A stretch of 64,000 nucleotides of DNA, taken from assembly GCA_965223705.1 (NCBI GenBank), contig OZ245015.1, forward strand, positions 736,001-800,000, in the 5' to 3' direction. Below the pieces are notes generated by a model. That model was not told the origin of the DNA. It saw nothing but the letters and a program-made list of their open reading frames with translations, and made no database searches. Origin of the DNA: Myxococcota bacterium (lineage in GTDB: Bacteria; Myxococcota_A; UBA9160; UBA6930). Shown here one piece after another: positions 38,184 to 49,049 of the stretch. The position numbers were made by a program, and so were the translations under genes. The first letter of the stretch is position 1. Each line of letters opens with the position of its first letter.

Positions 38184-39794
38184 CTAGATATCGGCGAAGA
38201 AGTCATTGCCCTTGTCGTCCACCACGATAAACGCCGGGAAGTTCTCGACTTCGATCTTCCAGATCGCCTCCATCCCGAGCTCCGGGTATTCGAGAACATC
38301 GACTTTGCGAATGCAGTTCTTTGCGAGGATGGCCGCCGGTCCGCCGATGGAGCCCAAGTAGAAGCCGCCGTACTTGTGGCACGCGTCGGTGACCGCCTTC
38401 GACCGGTTGCCCTTCGCGAGAGTGACGAGGCTCGCTCCTTCGGATTGCAGCAACTCGACGTAAGAGTCCATGCGGCCCGCCGTCGTCGGGCCGAACGAAC
38501 CCGAAGCGAAGCCCTCCGGAGTCTTTGCCGGCCCCGCGTAGTAGATCGGGTGCTCGCGGACGTAGTCCGGCAGCCCCTCGCCGCGATCCAACCGCTCTTT
38601 CAGTTTCGCGTGCGCGATATCGCGCGCGACGATCATGGGCCCGGACAGGGACAACCGTGTCCGGATCGGGTACTGCGACAACGTCGCACGGACCTCGCTC
38701 ATCGGCCGGGTCAAGTCGATGTCGATCACCTCGCCGTCGAGTGACGCGGGATCGATTTCCGGAAGAAAGCGCGCGGGGTTGGTCTCGAGTTGCTCGAGGA
38801 AAACGCCCTCGGCGTTGATCTTCGCGAGGATCTGTCGATCGGCGGAACACGACACGCCAATCCCGACCGGACACGACGCGCCGTGACGCGGCAGGCGCAC
38901 GACCCGCACGTCGTGGCAGAAGTACTTGCCCCCGAACTGTGCACCGATCCCGGTCCGCTGGGTGAGTTGGTGCACCCTGTCTTCGAGCTCGAGGTCGCGG
39001 AACGCGCGCCCCTGCTCGTTGCCCGACGTCGGCAGTCCGTCGAGATACCGGGTGCTCGCGAGCTTCACGGTCTTCAAGTTCGCTTCGGCCGATGTCCCGC
39101 CGATCGCGATGGCCAGGTGGTAGGGCGGGCAGGCCGCCGTCCCCAACGTTCGAATTTTCTCGTCGAGAAACGCCAGGAGGGTGTCCGGCGACAACACGGC
39201 GCGGGTCTGCTGGTAGAGAAACGTCTTGTTCGCCGATCCGCCGCCCTTCGTGATGAACAGCAGCTCGTACTCATCTCCTGATTCCGCGTAGAGTTCGATC
39301 TGGGCCGGCAGGTTCGTGCCCGTGTTCTTCTCTTCGTACATCGAGAGGGGAGCCATCTGCGAGTAGCGGAGGTTCGTCTCGGTGTACGTGCGATGGATAC
39401 CCCGCGAGAGCGATTCGGCGTCGTCGCCTTCGGTCATGACGTTCTGACCCTTGTGTCCGATGACGATCGCCGTGCCCGTGTCCTGGCAGGAGGGCAGGAT
39501 CATGCCCGCCGAGATGTTCGCGTTCTTCAGCATCTCGAGCGCGACGAATCGATCGTTGTCCGACGCTTCAGGGTCTCCGAGGATTTTCTCGAGCTGCGCC
39601 AGGTGTCCGGGGCGGAACAAGTGGGAGACGTCTCGAATCGCTTCAGCCGCGAGGTTCGTCAGAACCTCACCCGGTACCCGGAGGATGCGCTGGCCTTCGA
39701 AGGACACCGTCTCGATTCCCTCGCTGTCGAGCTTCCGAAACGGAGTTTCGCTCGGGTGGGATTCGAAGATCGGCTGGAACTGAAACTCGCTCAT
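38184..39794 (-). CDS. fumA: class I (Fe-S) fumarate hydratase
   Basis: [54 protein letters not shown]. Confidence 0.94.
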   Translation of the reverse strand: MSEFQFQPIFESHPSETPFRKLDSEGIETVSFEGQRILRVPGEVLTNLAAEAIRDVSHLFRPGHLAQLEKILGDPEASDNDRFVALEMLKNANISAGMILPSCQDTGTAIVIGHKGQNVMTEGDDAESLSRGIHRTYTETNLRYSQMAPLSMYEEKNTGTNLPAQIELYAESGDEYELLFITKGGGSANKTFLYQQTRAVLSPDTLLAFLDEKIRTLGTAACPPYHLAIAIGGTSAEANLKTVKLASTRYLDGLPTSGNEQGRAFRDLELEDRVHQLTQRTGIGAQFGGKYFCHDVRVVRLPRHGASCPVGIGVSCSADRQILAKINAEGVFLEQLETNPARFLPEIDPASLDGEVIDIDLTRPMSEVRATLSQYPIRTRLSLSGPMIVARDIAHAKLKERLDRGEGLPDYVREHPIYYAGPAKTPEGFASGSFGPTTAGRMDSYVELLQSEGASLVTLAKGNRSKAVTDACHKYGGFYLGSIGGPAAILAKNCIRKVDVLEYPELGMEAIWKIEVENFPAFIVVDDKGNDFFADI

Positions 39795-39849
39795 GCTTTC
39801 CTCTATCGGCGGGACGCGGGCGGTCCCGGGGCCTCTCAAGTTAACCCGG

Positions 39850-40329
39850 TTACCCCCGGATCTTCCTCACTAGAGCCGTGGTCCGGTAGCCCGGGATCAC
39901 TCGCAAGCGGTGGATTTCGAGTTCCAGACCCGCGGGGATGTCTCGCTCCCGAAGCTCTCGAAGCGACCAGTCGCCGCCTTTCGCGTAGACGTCGGGACGG
40001 AGCTCCCCGAGCAGCGCTCGCGGTGTTTCTTCGCCGAACAGGGTGACCCAATCGACGCAGGACAACGCAGCGAGCATTTCCGCGCGCTGCCGTTCGCCGA
40101 GGATCGGCCGGTCCGGGCCCTTCTGTCGCCGAACCGTGGCATCCCGGTTGACCCCGACGATCAGCCGGTCCCCTAGGGAACGAGCCTCTTCCAGGGAGCG
40201 GACATGTCCCGGGTGCAGGAGGTCGAAACAACCGCTTGCGAGCACGACCCGCTCACCTCGCCGGCGGGCGCGCCGCACCCGCAGCGCCGCTTGCTTGCGG
40301 GTCAGGATCGCATCACGTGCTCGTTTCAC
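39850..40329 (-). CDS. heptose 1-phosphate adenylyltransferase (RfaE2/HldE domain II)
   Basis: [10 protein letters not shown] (HxGH), VGVN.D, KGPDRP, KGGDW. Confidence 0.85.
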   Translation of the reverse strand: MKRARDAILTRKQAALRVRRARRRGERVVLASGCFDLLHPGHVRSLEEARSLGDRLIVGVNRDATVRRQKGPDRPILGERQRAEMLAALSCVDWVTLFGEETPRALLGELRPDVYAKGGDWSLRELRERDIPAGLELEIHRLRVIPGYRTTALVRKIRG

Positions 40330-40553
40330 CGGAACGCCTCCTGCAGACCCCCTTGTACTCGAACTTTCACGGACCCTTCAGAGCCCTGCGTCGATGTGGG
40401 GTATCACCCCGACGACTCTGCCTTTTTGAGTCCTACCGGACCCGCGGAAACCGCCGAAGCGCTCATTTTTCCTAAAGAAATTCACTGGTGGACCGAAACC
40501 CATCCCATGACTCAGAGCCCGGGCTGACCCCTGGGACCGAGGTAGGTCGAGCG

Positions 40554-40823
40554 ATGGCAACGCATCCGAATCGAGTTCGCGAACTCCGCGAGAACCGACT
40601 GATGACCCAAGCCCAACTGGCGCGCAAGGCCAAGGTGGCGCTACGCACGATTCACAGTGTGGAGAAGGGCATGAATTGTCGGATGGACACCAAGCGAAAG
40701 ATCTTGCTGGCTCTCGGCATGCGCTTCGAAGACAAAGATCACGTCTTCCCGCCGCTTCCGCGCCACGAAATCACGCCGCTTCCGACGCCGTCTTCTGACG
40801 GCGGCATGCAGAACCCCCACTAG
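40554..40823 (+). CDS. XRE-family HTH transcriptional regulator
   Basis: NRVRELRENRLMTQAQLARKAKVALRTIHSVEKG..CRMDTKRKI; AGGTAGG upstream. Confidence 0.85.
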   Translation: MATHPNRVRELRENRLMTQAQLARKAKVALRTIHSVEKGMNCRMDTKRKILLALGMRFEDKDHVFPPLPRHEITPLPTPSSDGGMQNPH

Positions 40824-40840
40824 GGCCGCCTAGCGGGTTC

Positions 40841-40861
40841 GCGGGCCTCGGCCCGCTTTTT
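40841..40861 (+). terminator. Rho-independent terminator after XRE gene
   Basis: GCGGGC-CTCG-GCCCGC followed by TTTTT. Confidence 0.7.
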
Positions 40862-40978
40862 CGTAAGAGCGCATCCGTCGGGTCGCACGATCCGTCTGCC
40901 CCACCCGATCCGGTACTATTCCGCCGTGGCTCCGCCACTTTTTGGGGGCGCGTTCCGATTGAAGACCGTCTGACGCTA

Positions 40979-43303
40979 TTGGCCGACGTCGCGGGAATCG
41001 TTTCCCGCTCGCACGACCTGGAAGAGACGCTCGGCAACGTCGTCGACCTTGTCGCGAAACGGATGGACGCCGACGTCTGCTCCGTCTACCTCTCCGATCT
41101 CGATCACCAGAAACTCGAACTCGCGGCGACGAAGGGGCTCGATCGGGAAGGTGTCGGCCACGTATCGCTCTCCATCGGCGAAGGTCTGGTCGGCCTCGCC
41201 GCCGAGCGGGCGACGCCGATCTACACCTCGAACGCGTCCGAGGACCCGAGGGCCCGGCTGTTCCCGCAGTTGGGCGAAGAGCGCTACCAGACACTTCTCG
41301 CGGCGCCGCTGCGCGTGGGTGACGCGGTGGTCGGTGTGCTGGTCGTGCAGACGCAAAATCCGCGCGACTTCTCCGACGCGGACATCGCCCTTCTCGACAC
41401 CTGCACCCAACTGATCACCCCGATGGTCATGAACGCCCAGGTGCTGGCCTTGACCGATCGCGACGGTGACGGTCGGGCCGCGTTCGCGAAGCGCCTCGCC
41501 GGGCAGGATCGGCCCCGTGACAACAACTACGAGCTCCGCGGGGCGCCCACGTCCCGCGGCATCGCGATCGGCCCGATCCATTTTCTCGAAGATCCCCTCG
41601 ATCTCGACCCGAACGACTACACGCCACGAGAAGATCCGGAAAGCGAGCTCGCCGACCTGATGGAGGCGGTCGCCGCGGCGCGCCGCGAACTCCACGGTGT
41701 TCGCGACGAGGCGGGCGATCGATTCGGTCCCGAGTTCGCCGCAGTCTTCAACACGCACATCCAAATCCTCGAGGACAAGGGCTTCATCTCGCGGCTGACG
41801 GACGGCGTCGCAGAAGAAGGCAACGGCATCACGGCGATTCGCCGCGTGCGCGAGCACTACGCCCGCATGTTCGAGCGGATGGAGGATCCCTACTTCCGGG
41901 AGCGCGGAGCCGACGTCGAGGACGTGGCGCGACGCATCACGGCAAAGCTCCTCGGCGTACGGCACGACAACCTGCCGTTGTCCGACGGCACCATCCTCGT
42001 GACGTCCAACCTGCTCCCCGCGCACTTCGCGCTTCTCGAAACCGAGAGAATCGCAGCGCTCGTTTCCGAGCACGGCGGCCCCAACAGTCATGGAGCGATC
42101 TTCGCGAGAGCGCTCGAAATCCCGACGGTCACTGGGGTTACAGGCGTGCTCGAAGCGATGCGCGCGGGCGAACTCGCCATCGTCGACGGCGGGGCGGGGA
42201 CCGTGCACTTGTCACCGGACGAGGCGCTGCAGCTCGAATTTCAGCGCGCTCGCGAACGCTACGCCGTCGCCGTGGAGCATCTCGATGCGTTGCGCGATCG
42301 GCCCGCAGAAACGCGAGATGGGCGCCGCATTCTCCTCACGGCCAACGCCGGACTCCTCGCCGACTTGCGCCACTGCGAGCAGCACGGCGCCCAGGGAATC
42401 GGCTTGTTCCGCACCGAGCTCTTGGCACTCGCGCAGCGCGGGTTCCCTCCGGAGAGCGAGCAAGAAAAGCTGTACGAGCGGGTCGCCGCCGCTCTCGCTC
42501 CGAACCCCGTTACGATCCGGACACTCGATCTCGGCGGCGACAAGGCCCTGGCTGAAGAGAATGAGGAGGAGAATCCGCAGCTCGGGCTGCGATCGATTCG
42601 GCTTTCCCTCTCGAACGAAAAGAGCTTTCGCGGTCAGCTGCGCGCCATTCTGCGAGCCAGCCGGCGCCGCAACCTCCGGCTGCTGCTGCCGATGATCTCA
42701 AGCCTCGAGGAGCTCTTGCGCGCGCGGCACCTCCTCGAGGAAACCATGGGCGAGCTTTCACGGCGGGGCGAGGATTTCGACTCGGCGATTCCCGTCGGCG
42801 TGATGATCGAAGTTCCGGCGGCGGCGTTGATTGCGCCGGCCCTCGCGACGCACTGTGATTTCTTCAGCATCGGAACGAACGACCTGACCCAGTACACCCT
42901 GGCGGTCGACCGCGGCAATGAGCGCGTTGCGCATCTATACGACCCGCTTCACCCGAGCGTGTTGCAGCTCATCGCCCGCACCGTCGAAGCGGCGGGGGAG
43001 CGCGATCTGGCGGTGTCCGTGTGCGGCGAAATGGCGACCAACCCGTTGGCGATTCCGATCCTCATCGGCCTCGGGATCGGCGAGCTGTCGGGGACGCCAA
43101 GCGCTGTCCCGGTCGTGAAAGAGATCGTCCGCGCTCTCGACAGCGAGGAAGTCGCGGAAGATGCGCGGCGCGCCACGGGGCTCGGAACGGCCGCGAACGT
43201 CCATCGGCTCGCCGCCGAGCGACTGCGCAAAGTCGGACTCCTCGAGCATCCGGACATCGGCACGTGGCTCGAGCGCGTCGTCACTTCGGTCGAAGCGGAC
43301 TAG
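40979..43303 (+). CDS. ptsP: PEP-protein phosphotransferase EI-Ntr (GAF + EI)
   Basis: N-terminal GAF (DVCSVYL), GGPNSHGAI phospho-His, GLFRTE, RTLDLGGDK, ENP.LGLR, GTNDLTQY, CGEMA; real start may be ATT 40958. Confidence 0.93.
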   Translation: MADVAGIVSRSHDLEETLGNVVDLVAKRMDADVCSVYLSDLDHQKLELAATKGLDREGVGHVSLSIGEGLVGLAAERATPIYTSNASEDPRARLFPQLGEERYQTLLAAPLRVGDAVVGVLVVQTQNPRDFSDADIALLDTCTQLITPMVMNAQVLALTDRDGDGRAAFAKRLAGQDRPRDNNYELRGAPTSRGIAIGPIHFLEDPLDLDPNDYTPREDPESELADLMEAVAAARRELHGVRDEAGDRFGPEFAAVFNTHIQILEDKGFISRLTDGVAEEGNGITAIRRVREHYARMFERMEDPYFRERGADVEDVARRITAKLLGVRHDNLPLSDGTILVTSNLLPAHFALLETERIAALVSEHGGPNSHGAIFARALEIPTVTGVTGVLEAMRAGELAIVDGGAGTVHLSPDEALQLEFQRARERYAVAVEHLDALRDRPAETRDGRRILLTANAGLLADLRHCEQHGAQGIGLFRTELLALAQRGFPPESEQEKLYERVAAALAPNPVTIRTLDLGGDKALAEENEEENPQLGLRSIRLSLSNEKSFRGQLRAILRASRRRNLRLLLPMISSLEELLRARHLLEETMGELSRRGEDFDSAIPVGVMIEVPAAALIAPALATHCDFFSIGTNDLTQYTLAVDRGNERVAHLYDPLHPSVLQLIARTVEAAGERDLAVSVCGEMATNPLAIPILIGLGIGELSGTPSAVPVVKEIVRALDSEEVAEDARRATGLGTAANVHRLAAERLRKVGLLEHPDIGTWLERVVTSVEAD

Positions 43304-43310
43304 GCGCGGG

Positions 43311-43961
43311 CTAGACGTCGATCAACAGGCCTGAATGATCGCTCCCGGCAATCGGAACGACGCGAACGCGTTGTGCCTCCATGCGTCGGGTCAAGGCGTG
43401 ATCGATCCGGAGAAGCCTCGGAGCGCTCGCCGTCGGTCCCCACGTGCGTTGGATCGCTTCGCCGCCGCGACCCGCTGCGTCGTTGAATTCCCGCAGCAGA
43501 CGGCGATAGGCGGGCCAGACTGGCGTGGAATTGAGATCCCCGACCAGCATCTGGGGCCCGGGGTTACCGCCGACCCAGCGAAGAATACCAGCGACTTGTT
43601 CTCGACGTCCGGGAAGCGTCCGCCACGGCGGCCAGCAATGCGGCGCGAGGAGGTGGAGGTTGATCAGCTCGAAATCGCTGCGAACGCCGAACACCTCCCG
43701 TTCGACGCGGGCCACGCGCGCGTCCCGGCAGGACAGGGAGATGCGATTGACCTCGATCGGACGGTTCGCCGCGATCCCCATACCGCGGTAGTCCGTCGCC
43801 GGGTCGAGCTTTCCGTGGGAATACCTTTCCGACAGGGCACGTGCCTGATTGGGCCCGAGCTCCTGGAACGCCACGAGGTCGACCTTCCAATCGTCGAGCC
43901 TGGCCATCAGTTCGCCCGGCTCCGCGGCATCGTTCCACAAGTTGGCCGACAGGATCCGCAA
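43311..43961 (-). CDS. endonuclease/exonuclease/phosphatase family protein
   Basis: ILSANL, AFQEL, GDLNS, RIDH, GSDH; TTG at 43961 after GGGGAG. Confidence 0.85.
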   Translation of the reverse strand: MRILSANLWNDAAEPGELMARLDDWKVDLVAFQELGPNQARALSERYSHGKLDPATDYRGMGIAANRPIEVNRISLSCRDARVARVEREVFGVRSDFELINLHLLAPHCWPPWRTLPGRREQVAGILRWVGGNPGPQMLVGDLNSTPVWPAYRRLLREFNDAAGRGGEAIQRTWGPTASAPRLLRIDHALTRRMEAQRVRVVPIAGSDHSGLLIDV

Positions 43962-43969
43962 GCTCGTCG

Positions 43970-44614
43970 TTACTCCCCGATGCCGAGTTCCCGGCACAGA
44001 TCTCGCTCGAGTGCCGCGATGCGCGCCTCGAGCTCGTTCAGCGCCGAAGCGTCCGCAGCGTCGGAAGATTCATTCGGCACGGCGACTGGATCACCCAAGG
44101 CAAACCGGACCCGCGCGAAAGGCAGCGGCAGCTGCGTGCCATCCCAACTCCCGAAGCGGTGGGTCGGTTTGGCAACGATCGCGCATGGGATGAGCGGGGC
44201 GCGGCTAGACCGGGCGAGGTGAAGCACGCCGGGCTTGGCCTGGCGCGGAGGCCCTTTGGGGCCGTCGAGCAACACGGCTACGCGCGCGCCGTCGCGCAGC
44301 GCACGCACGCCCGCTTTCAAGGCGGCCGCCCCGCCGCGACTGCTCGAGCCCCGCAGGGACTCTCCGAAGCCAAGCGGCTGAAGCACCGCATCGATCAAGT
44401 CGCCGTCTCGCGATCGGCTGACCACGATCGAAACCCCGCGGTCCCGAAAGAGGTAGGCCGCCGACAGAAGGCCCGCGTGCCAGAGCCCTCCGACCATGGG
44501 GGGATCTGGCACCCGTGGTCCCTCGACGCGCCAGGTCGCTCCCAGCAAGCGAACGAGGGTCGCCGCGATGCGACCGAGGACACGGAGCCCGAGTGGGCTG
44601 AGGCGTCGCTTCAC
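43970..44614 (-). CDS. DUF374/lysophospholipid acyltransferase family protein
   Basis: LWH, VSRSRDGD, RGSSSRGG, DGPKGP, SWD...PLPF. Confidence 0.85.
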   Translation of the reverse strand: MKRRLSPLGLRVLGRIAATLVRLLGATWRVEGPRVPDPPMVGGLWHAGLLSAAYLFRDRGVSIVVSRSRDGDLIDAVLQPLGFGESLRGSSSRGGAAALKAGVRALRDGARVAVLLDGPKGPPRQAKPGVLHLARSSRAPLIPCAIVAKPTHRFGSWDGTQLPLPFARVRFALGDPVAVPNESSDAADASALNELEARIAALERDLCRELGIGE

Positions 44615-44779
44615 CGCGGGCTCGGCTTGCAGAGCCGTCGCGTCACGGGCGGCACCTCGGGCACGGCCTTCGTTTCATCACCGCACATTAGCTCGCGCGT
44701 CGGCGGGCTGGGGTCGCCCCGGTCGACGGCCGCGGTACCCTGTGGTAGCCAGTGCGCCGCGCGCAGGCGCCGAGTACGC

Positions 44780-45667
44780 ATGAACAACGCCGAACCGATG
44801 GGTCTCTGGAATACCACGCTGGCATTCGTCGCCTTGACGAAGCCGCGCGTGCTGACCCTCGTCATTTTTTCGGGGCTTCCGGCGCTCGTGTTGGCTGCCG
44901 GTGGGTGGCCGGCTCCCTCGTTCGTCTTTCTCGTCCTGGCCGGCATCGCGATCGCGGCCGGCGCCGCCAATACGCTGAACTGCTATGTCGAGCGCGACCT
45001 CGACGCGCTGATGGAGCGGACCGCGACGCGGCCGTTGCCGAGTTCCGCACTCAGGCCCGAGGCGGCGCTCGCGTTCGGACTGACCTTGTCGGTGGTCTCC
45101 ACCGCGCTCTTGTACGTCGTCGGAGGCGCGCTGGCCGCGCTTCTCGGCGTCGCGAGCATTCTCTTCTACGTGTTCGTCTACACCGTTTGGCTGAAGCCCC
45201 GATCGACGTGGAACGCCGTGGTCGGCGGCGCTGCCGGAGCCGCAGCGCCGCTCATCGCAGACGCTGCAGTCACCGGGAGCGTCGGCTTACCCGGAATCAT
45301 CCTGTTCGCGATCATCTTCTTCTGGCAGCCGCCCCACGTATGGGCGATCGCCCTGTATCGCAAAGACGATTATCGGGCCGCCGGAATTCCGATGCTGCCG
45401 AACGTCATCGGCGATCAACCGACGCGCTGGCGCATGCTCTGGTACACCGTCGGGCTTCTCCCGGTCACGATGGCGCCCGTGCCGCTCGGCATGCTCGGTT
45501 GGGTTTACGGAGCTCCCGCCTTCCTACTCGGAATCTGGTTCACCTGGCACGCGGTTCGGGTCTTGCGGGAACAGGACGACGCCGCCGCGCGACGCATGTT
45601 CCGCGTGTCTCTGCTCTACCTGTTCGCGCTCTTCATCGCGATGCTCCTCGATCTAGCCCTCGCGTAG
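44780..45667 (+). CDS. cyoE: protoheme IX farnesyltransferase (heme o synthase)
   Basis: LTKPR, N...ERDLD..MERT..RPLP, YT.WLK, WQPPH, DY..AGIPMLP. Confidence 0.93.
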   Translation: MNNAEPMGLWNTTLAFVALTKPRVLTLVIFSGLPALVLAAGGWPAPSFVFLVLAGIAIAAGAANTLNCYVERDLDALMERTATRPLPSSALRPEAALAFGLTLSVVSTALLYVVGGALAALLGVASILFYVFVYTVWLKPRSTWNAVVGGAAGAAAPLIADAAVTGSVGLPGIILFAIIFFWQPPHVWAIALYRKDDYRAAGIPMLPNVIGDQPTRWRMLWYTVGLLPVTMAPVPLGMLGWVYGAPAFLLGIWFTWHAVRVLREQDDAAARRMFRVSLLYLFALFIAMLLDLALA

Positions 45668-46399
45668 GTGCGCGGTTCGACGACCCGCTTTCGGGCCCCC
45701 GGGCTCGGACTGACGCTGCTCCTCGCAGTGGCGACCTTGGTGTGCGCCAGCCTGGGCGCTTGGCAGGTCAAGCGACACGCTTGGAAGACTGCGCTCATCG
45801 CCTCCCGGAACGCGCGCGTCGACATGCCTCCTGTCGAGGCTAAAGAACTCACAGGCGAAGCCGTCGCGTATCGTCGCCTGCAGCTCGCCGGTCGCTACGA
45901 CGCCGCTCGGAGCTTTATCGTGCACCGCGAGCCGAACGAGCTGCGCGCCGGCGTGCGTTTGTTTTCGCCGCTGGTCCTCCCCGCCCCCGTGTCGGGTTTC
46001 GAAGCGGTTCTGGTCGATCGCGGCTGGCTTCCCCATGATGAGCTCGAGGCCGTGCTCGAGGCGACGGCCGCGGAACCTTCCGCCTCCGGCACGGCCCTCA
46101 TCACTCCCATGTCATTGACCGACGCCGAGCCCGGCACGGAACCCGTGCGCGACGAATGGCTCTATTTCGATCCGCGACATCACGGGGTGCACGCCCAGCG
46201 GAGCTTGCCCTACGCCTTGGCTCCTTTTCTGTTGCTGCGCGACGCGGAAGGCGACGCGTATCCCCGAGGCGGCTACGAGCGGCCGAAGAGCTACGTCGAC
46301 CACCGCGCTTACGCGGTGACGTGGTTTGCGATGTCGCTCGCGGCGGCGGGCCTTTGGGTCGGGCTCGGTTTCGAGCGCGGCCGCCGTGTCGCCTCGTAG
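45668..46399 (+). CDS. SURF1/Shy1 family protein
   Basis: LGAWQVKRHAWK, VLVDRGWLP, HRAYAVTWF; two TM segments. Confidence 0.9.
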   Translation: MRGSTTRFRAPGLGLTLLLAVATLVCASLGAWQVKRHAWKTALIASRNARVDMPPVEAKELTGEAVAYRRLQLAGRYDAARSFIVHREPNELRAGVRLFSPLVLPAPVSGFEAVLVDRGWLPHDELEAVLEATAAEPSASGTALITPMSLTDAEPGTEPVRDEWLYFDPRHHGVHAQRSLPYALAPFLLLRDAEGDAYPRGGYERPKSYVDHRAYAVTWFAMSLAAAGLWVGLGFERGRRVAS

Positions 46400-46405
46400 C
46401 GTCGC

Positions 46406-49039
46406 TCAAGCGACGACGTTGACGAGACGCCCCCTCACAACGATCACTTTCTTCGGCTGTTTGCCGTCCAAGTGCCGGGCGACGCCGGGCGCTTCGAGCG
46501 CCGCTTCGCGAATCTCGTCTTCCGAAGCATCGGCTGACACTTCGATCTCGTCGCGGCGCTTGCCGTTGACTTGAACGGCGAGGCGCAGGGTTTCCGCGAC
46601 GAGGAGCCGCTCGTCCGCTTCCGGCCACGCGGCGCGGGCCACGGACGGAGCGTGGCCCAAGGATTCCCACAGCGTTTCCGCGAGATGGGGGGCGAACGGC
46701 GACAACATCTTCGCGAAGGCTTCCGCGCCTTTCCGCGGAACGGGCGCGCCACGTGAGATATCGCGCGTCCAGACCATGAGCTTCGAAATCGCCGTGTTCA
46801 TCTGCAGTTGCTCGAGATCGGCCGTGACGCCCGCGATGGTCTGCGCCGTCAAACGCGCCTGCGCCTCGGAGCCGTCGCCGTCCGCGATCTCAGCGGGGGT
46901 TTCGTCGTCTTCGACGATCAGCCGATACGCGCGCTGCAAGAACCGGTAGCAGCCCGGAATGCCGTCGGTGGACCAAGGCGCGCCTTTCTCGAGAGGCCCC
47001 ATGAAGAGCTCGTAGAGCCGCATCGAATCCGCGCCAAAGGCCTCGATGACATCGTCGGGAGACACGACGTTCCCCCGGCTCTTCGACATCTTCTCCGTCA
47101 CCAACTCAAGCTCGAGATCCGGGAGGTCCGGGTGCACCGGTCGCCCGTCGTTGTCGTCGATTTGCGCCGGGTGAAGGAAGCGCGCCTTGAGCTCCCGGCC
47201 GGTCTCCTGATGGAGCGCCTGCTCCCCTTCGATCCGGACCGCTGTCGACGGATAGGTGGCGACCGGCACGTCTTCTGCGTCGGACAGATTGTCGTCGTAG
47301 TAGCGGTAGCTCCGACCGAGGATCATTCCAGGGTTGAGCAGCTTCTGAAACGGCTCCTTCGTGTGAACCACACCGAGGTCGTAGAGCACTTTGTGCCAGA
47401 ACCGCGAATAGAGCAGGTGGAGCACCGCGTGCTCGGCACCACCGACGTAGAGGTCGACCGGCATCCAGTAGCGCTCGGCTTGTTCCGAGACCAACGCTTC
47501 GTCGTTGTGGGGGTCGCAGTAGCGGAGGAAGTACCAACAACTGCCCGCCCATTGGGGCATGGTGTTCGCGTCCCGGCGGGCTGGTGCGCCAGTCTCCGGG
47601 TCGCGGGTTGCGACCCATTCGGTGGCTCTTGAAAGCGGTGTCTCGAATTCACCGCTCGGCCGGTAGTCGTCGAGTTCGGGAAGAAGCACCGGAAGATCGT
47701 CTTCGGGAACGAGTTTGACGGTTCCGTCTTCCAGATGGAGCAACGGGAAGGGCTCGCCCCAGTAACGCTGCCGCGCGAAGAGCCAATCGCGGAGCTTGTA
47801 GCTCACCGTGCCTTCGCCGCACTGTCGTTCCTCGAGCCACGCCGTCATCTTTCGCTTGGCTTCCGCGGTCGGGAGACCGTCCAGAAAATCCGAGTTCACA
47901 GCGTGGCCTTCGCCGGTGAAAGCCTCTTCGGCAATGTCGCCGCCGGCCACGACTTCGATGATCGGAAGGTCGTAGGTTTTCGCGAATGCGTAGTCGCGCT
48001 CGTCGTGGGCCGGGACCGCCATGATGGCGCCGGTGCCGTAGGTCGAGAGCACGTAGTCGGCGATCCAGATCGGGACCGGCTCCTCGGTGACGGGGTGGAT
48101 CGCGAACGCGCCGGTGAAGGCCCCGGTCTTCTCGGCGGCTTCCGAAACGCGAGAGCGTTCGCTCTTCCGGGCCGCGGCTTCTGCATACGCCGCCACCGAA
48201 GCGCTTTCGGCATCGGTGGCGATTTTTTCGACCATCGGGTGGTCCGGTGCGAGGACCATGTAGGTCGCTCCGAAGAGCGTATCGGGCCGCGTCGTGAAGA
48301 CGTCGATCGTCAGGTCTGCGTGACCGGCGACAGCGAAAGCGATGCGGGCGCCCTCGGAGCGACCGATCCACTCCTCCTGCATCTTCTTGATGTTGTCCGG
48401 CCAGTCGAGACCGTCGAGATCTTCGAGGAGGCGATCCGCGTAGGCGGTGATGCGCAACATCCACTGCCGCATCGGCATGCGGATCACCGGATGACCACCG
48501 CGCTCGCTCTTCCCGTCGATCACTTCTTCGTTCGCGAGTACGGTTCCGAGCGCCGGACACCAGTTCACGGGCACTTCCGCTTCGTAAGCGAGGCCCCTTT
48601 CGAAGAGTTTTTGGAAGATCCACTGGGTCCAACGGACATAGCCGGGATCCGTGGTGTCGATTTCGCGCGACCAGTCGTAGGAAAGCCCCAGTGCTTCGAG
48701 CTGCCGCCGATAGGTCGCGATGTTCTCCCGCGTCGTGTCGCGGGGGTGGGTCCCGGTCTCGATGGCGTGTTGCTCGGCCGGAAGGCCGAAGGCGTCCCAG
48801 CCCATCGGATGAAGCACGTTGACGCCGCGCATGCGCTTATAGCGCGAAAGGGCGTCCGTGCTGATGTAGCCCTTGGGGTGACCGACATGCAGGCCCGTAC
48901 CGGAGGGGTAGGGGAACATGTCGAGGATGTAGAGTTTCTCGCGGTCGTGATCGATTTCGACGCGGAAGGTTTCGTTCTCGCGCCAATAGCGTTGCCAGCG
49001 GGCCTCCAGAGCCTTGGCCATCGAAGCGTCGTAAGACAT
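46406..49039 (-). CDS. leuS: leucyl-tRNA synthetase
   Basis: MFPYPSG.GLHVGH, FTTRPDT editing domain, [22 protein letters not shown]. Confidence 0.97.
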   Translation of the reverse strand: MSYDASMAKALEARWQRYWRENETFRVEIDHDREKLYILDMFPYPSGTGLHVGHPKGYISTDALSRYKRMRGVNVLHPMGWDAFGLPAEQHAIETGTHPRDTTRENIATYRRQLEALGLSYDWSREIDTTDPGYVRWTQWIFQKLFERGLAYEAEVPVNWCPALGTVLANEEVIDGKSERGGHPVIRMPMRQWMLRITAYADRLLEDLDGLDWPDNIKKMQEEWIGRSEGARIAFAVAGHADLTIDVFTTRPDTLFGATYMVLAPDHPMVEKIATDAESASVAAYAEAAARKSERSRVSEAAEKTGAFTGAFAIHPVTEEPVPIWIADYVLSTYGTGAIMAVPAHDERDYAFAKTYDLPIIEVVAGGDIAEEAFTGEGHAVNSDFLDGLPTAEAKRKMTAWLEERQCGEGTVSYKLRDWLFARQRYWGEPFPLLHLEDGTVKLVPEDDLPVLLPELDDYRPSGEFETPLSRATEWVATRDPETGAPARRDANTMPQWAGSCWYFLRYCDPHNDEALVSEQAERYWMPVDLYVGGAEHAVLHLLYSRFWHKVLYDLGVVHTKEPFQKLLNPGMILGRSYRYYDDNLSDAEDVPVATYPSTAVRIEGEQALHQETGRELKARFLHPAQIDDNDGRPVHPDLPDLELELVTEKMSKSRGNVVSPDDVIEAFGADSMRLYELFMGPLEKGAPWSTDGIPGCYRFLQRAYRLIVEDDETPAEIADGDGSEAQARLTAQTIAGVTADLEQLQMNTAISKLMVWTRDISRGAPVPRKGAEAFAKMLSPFAPHLAETLWESLGHAPSVARAAWPEADERLLVAETLRLAVQVNGKRRDEIEVSADASEDEIREAALEAPGVARHLDGKQPKKVIVVRGRLVNVVA

Positions 49040-49049
49040 CGCGGGGAAC

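Noticed and set aside
40330..40430. Minus-strand GGCAGAGTCG...CGACGCAGGGC resembling a c-di-GMP-I (GEMM) riboswitch
   Set aside because: No GNRA tetraloop/receptor, and the second stem and P1 do not close. Kept only as an unexplained hairpin.
44611..44685. 25-codon ORF whose stop overlaps the DUF374 start
   Set aside because: No RBS or recognisable motif; compatible with chance.
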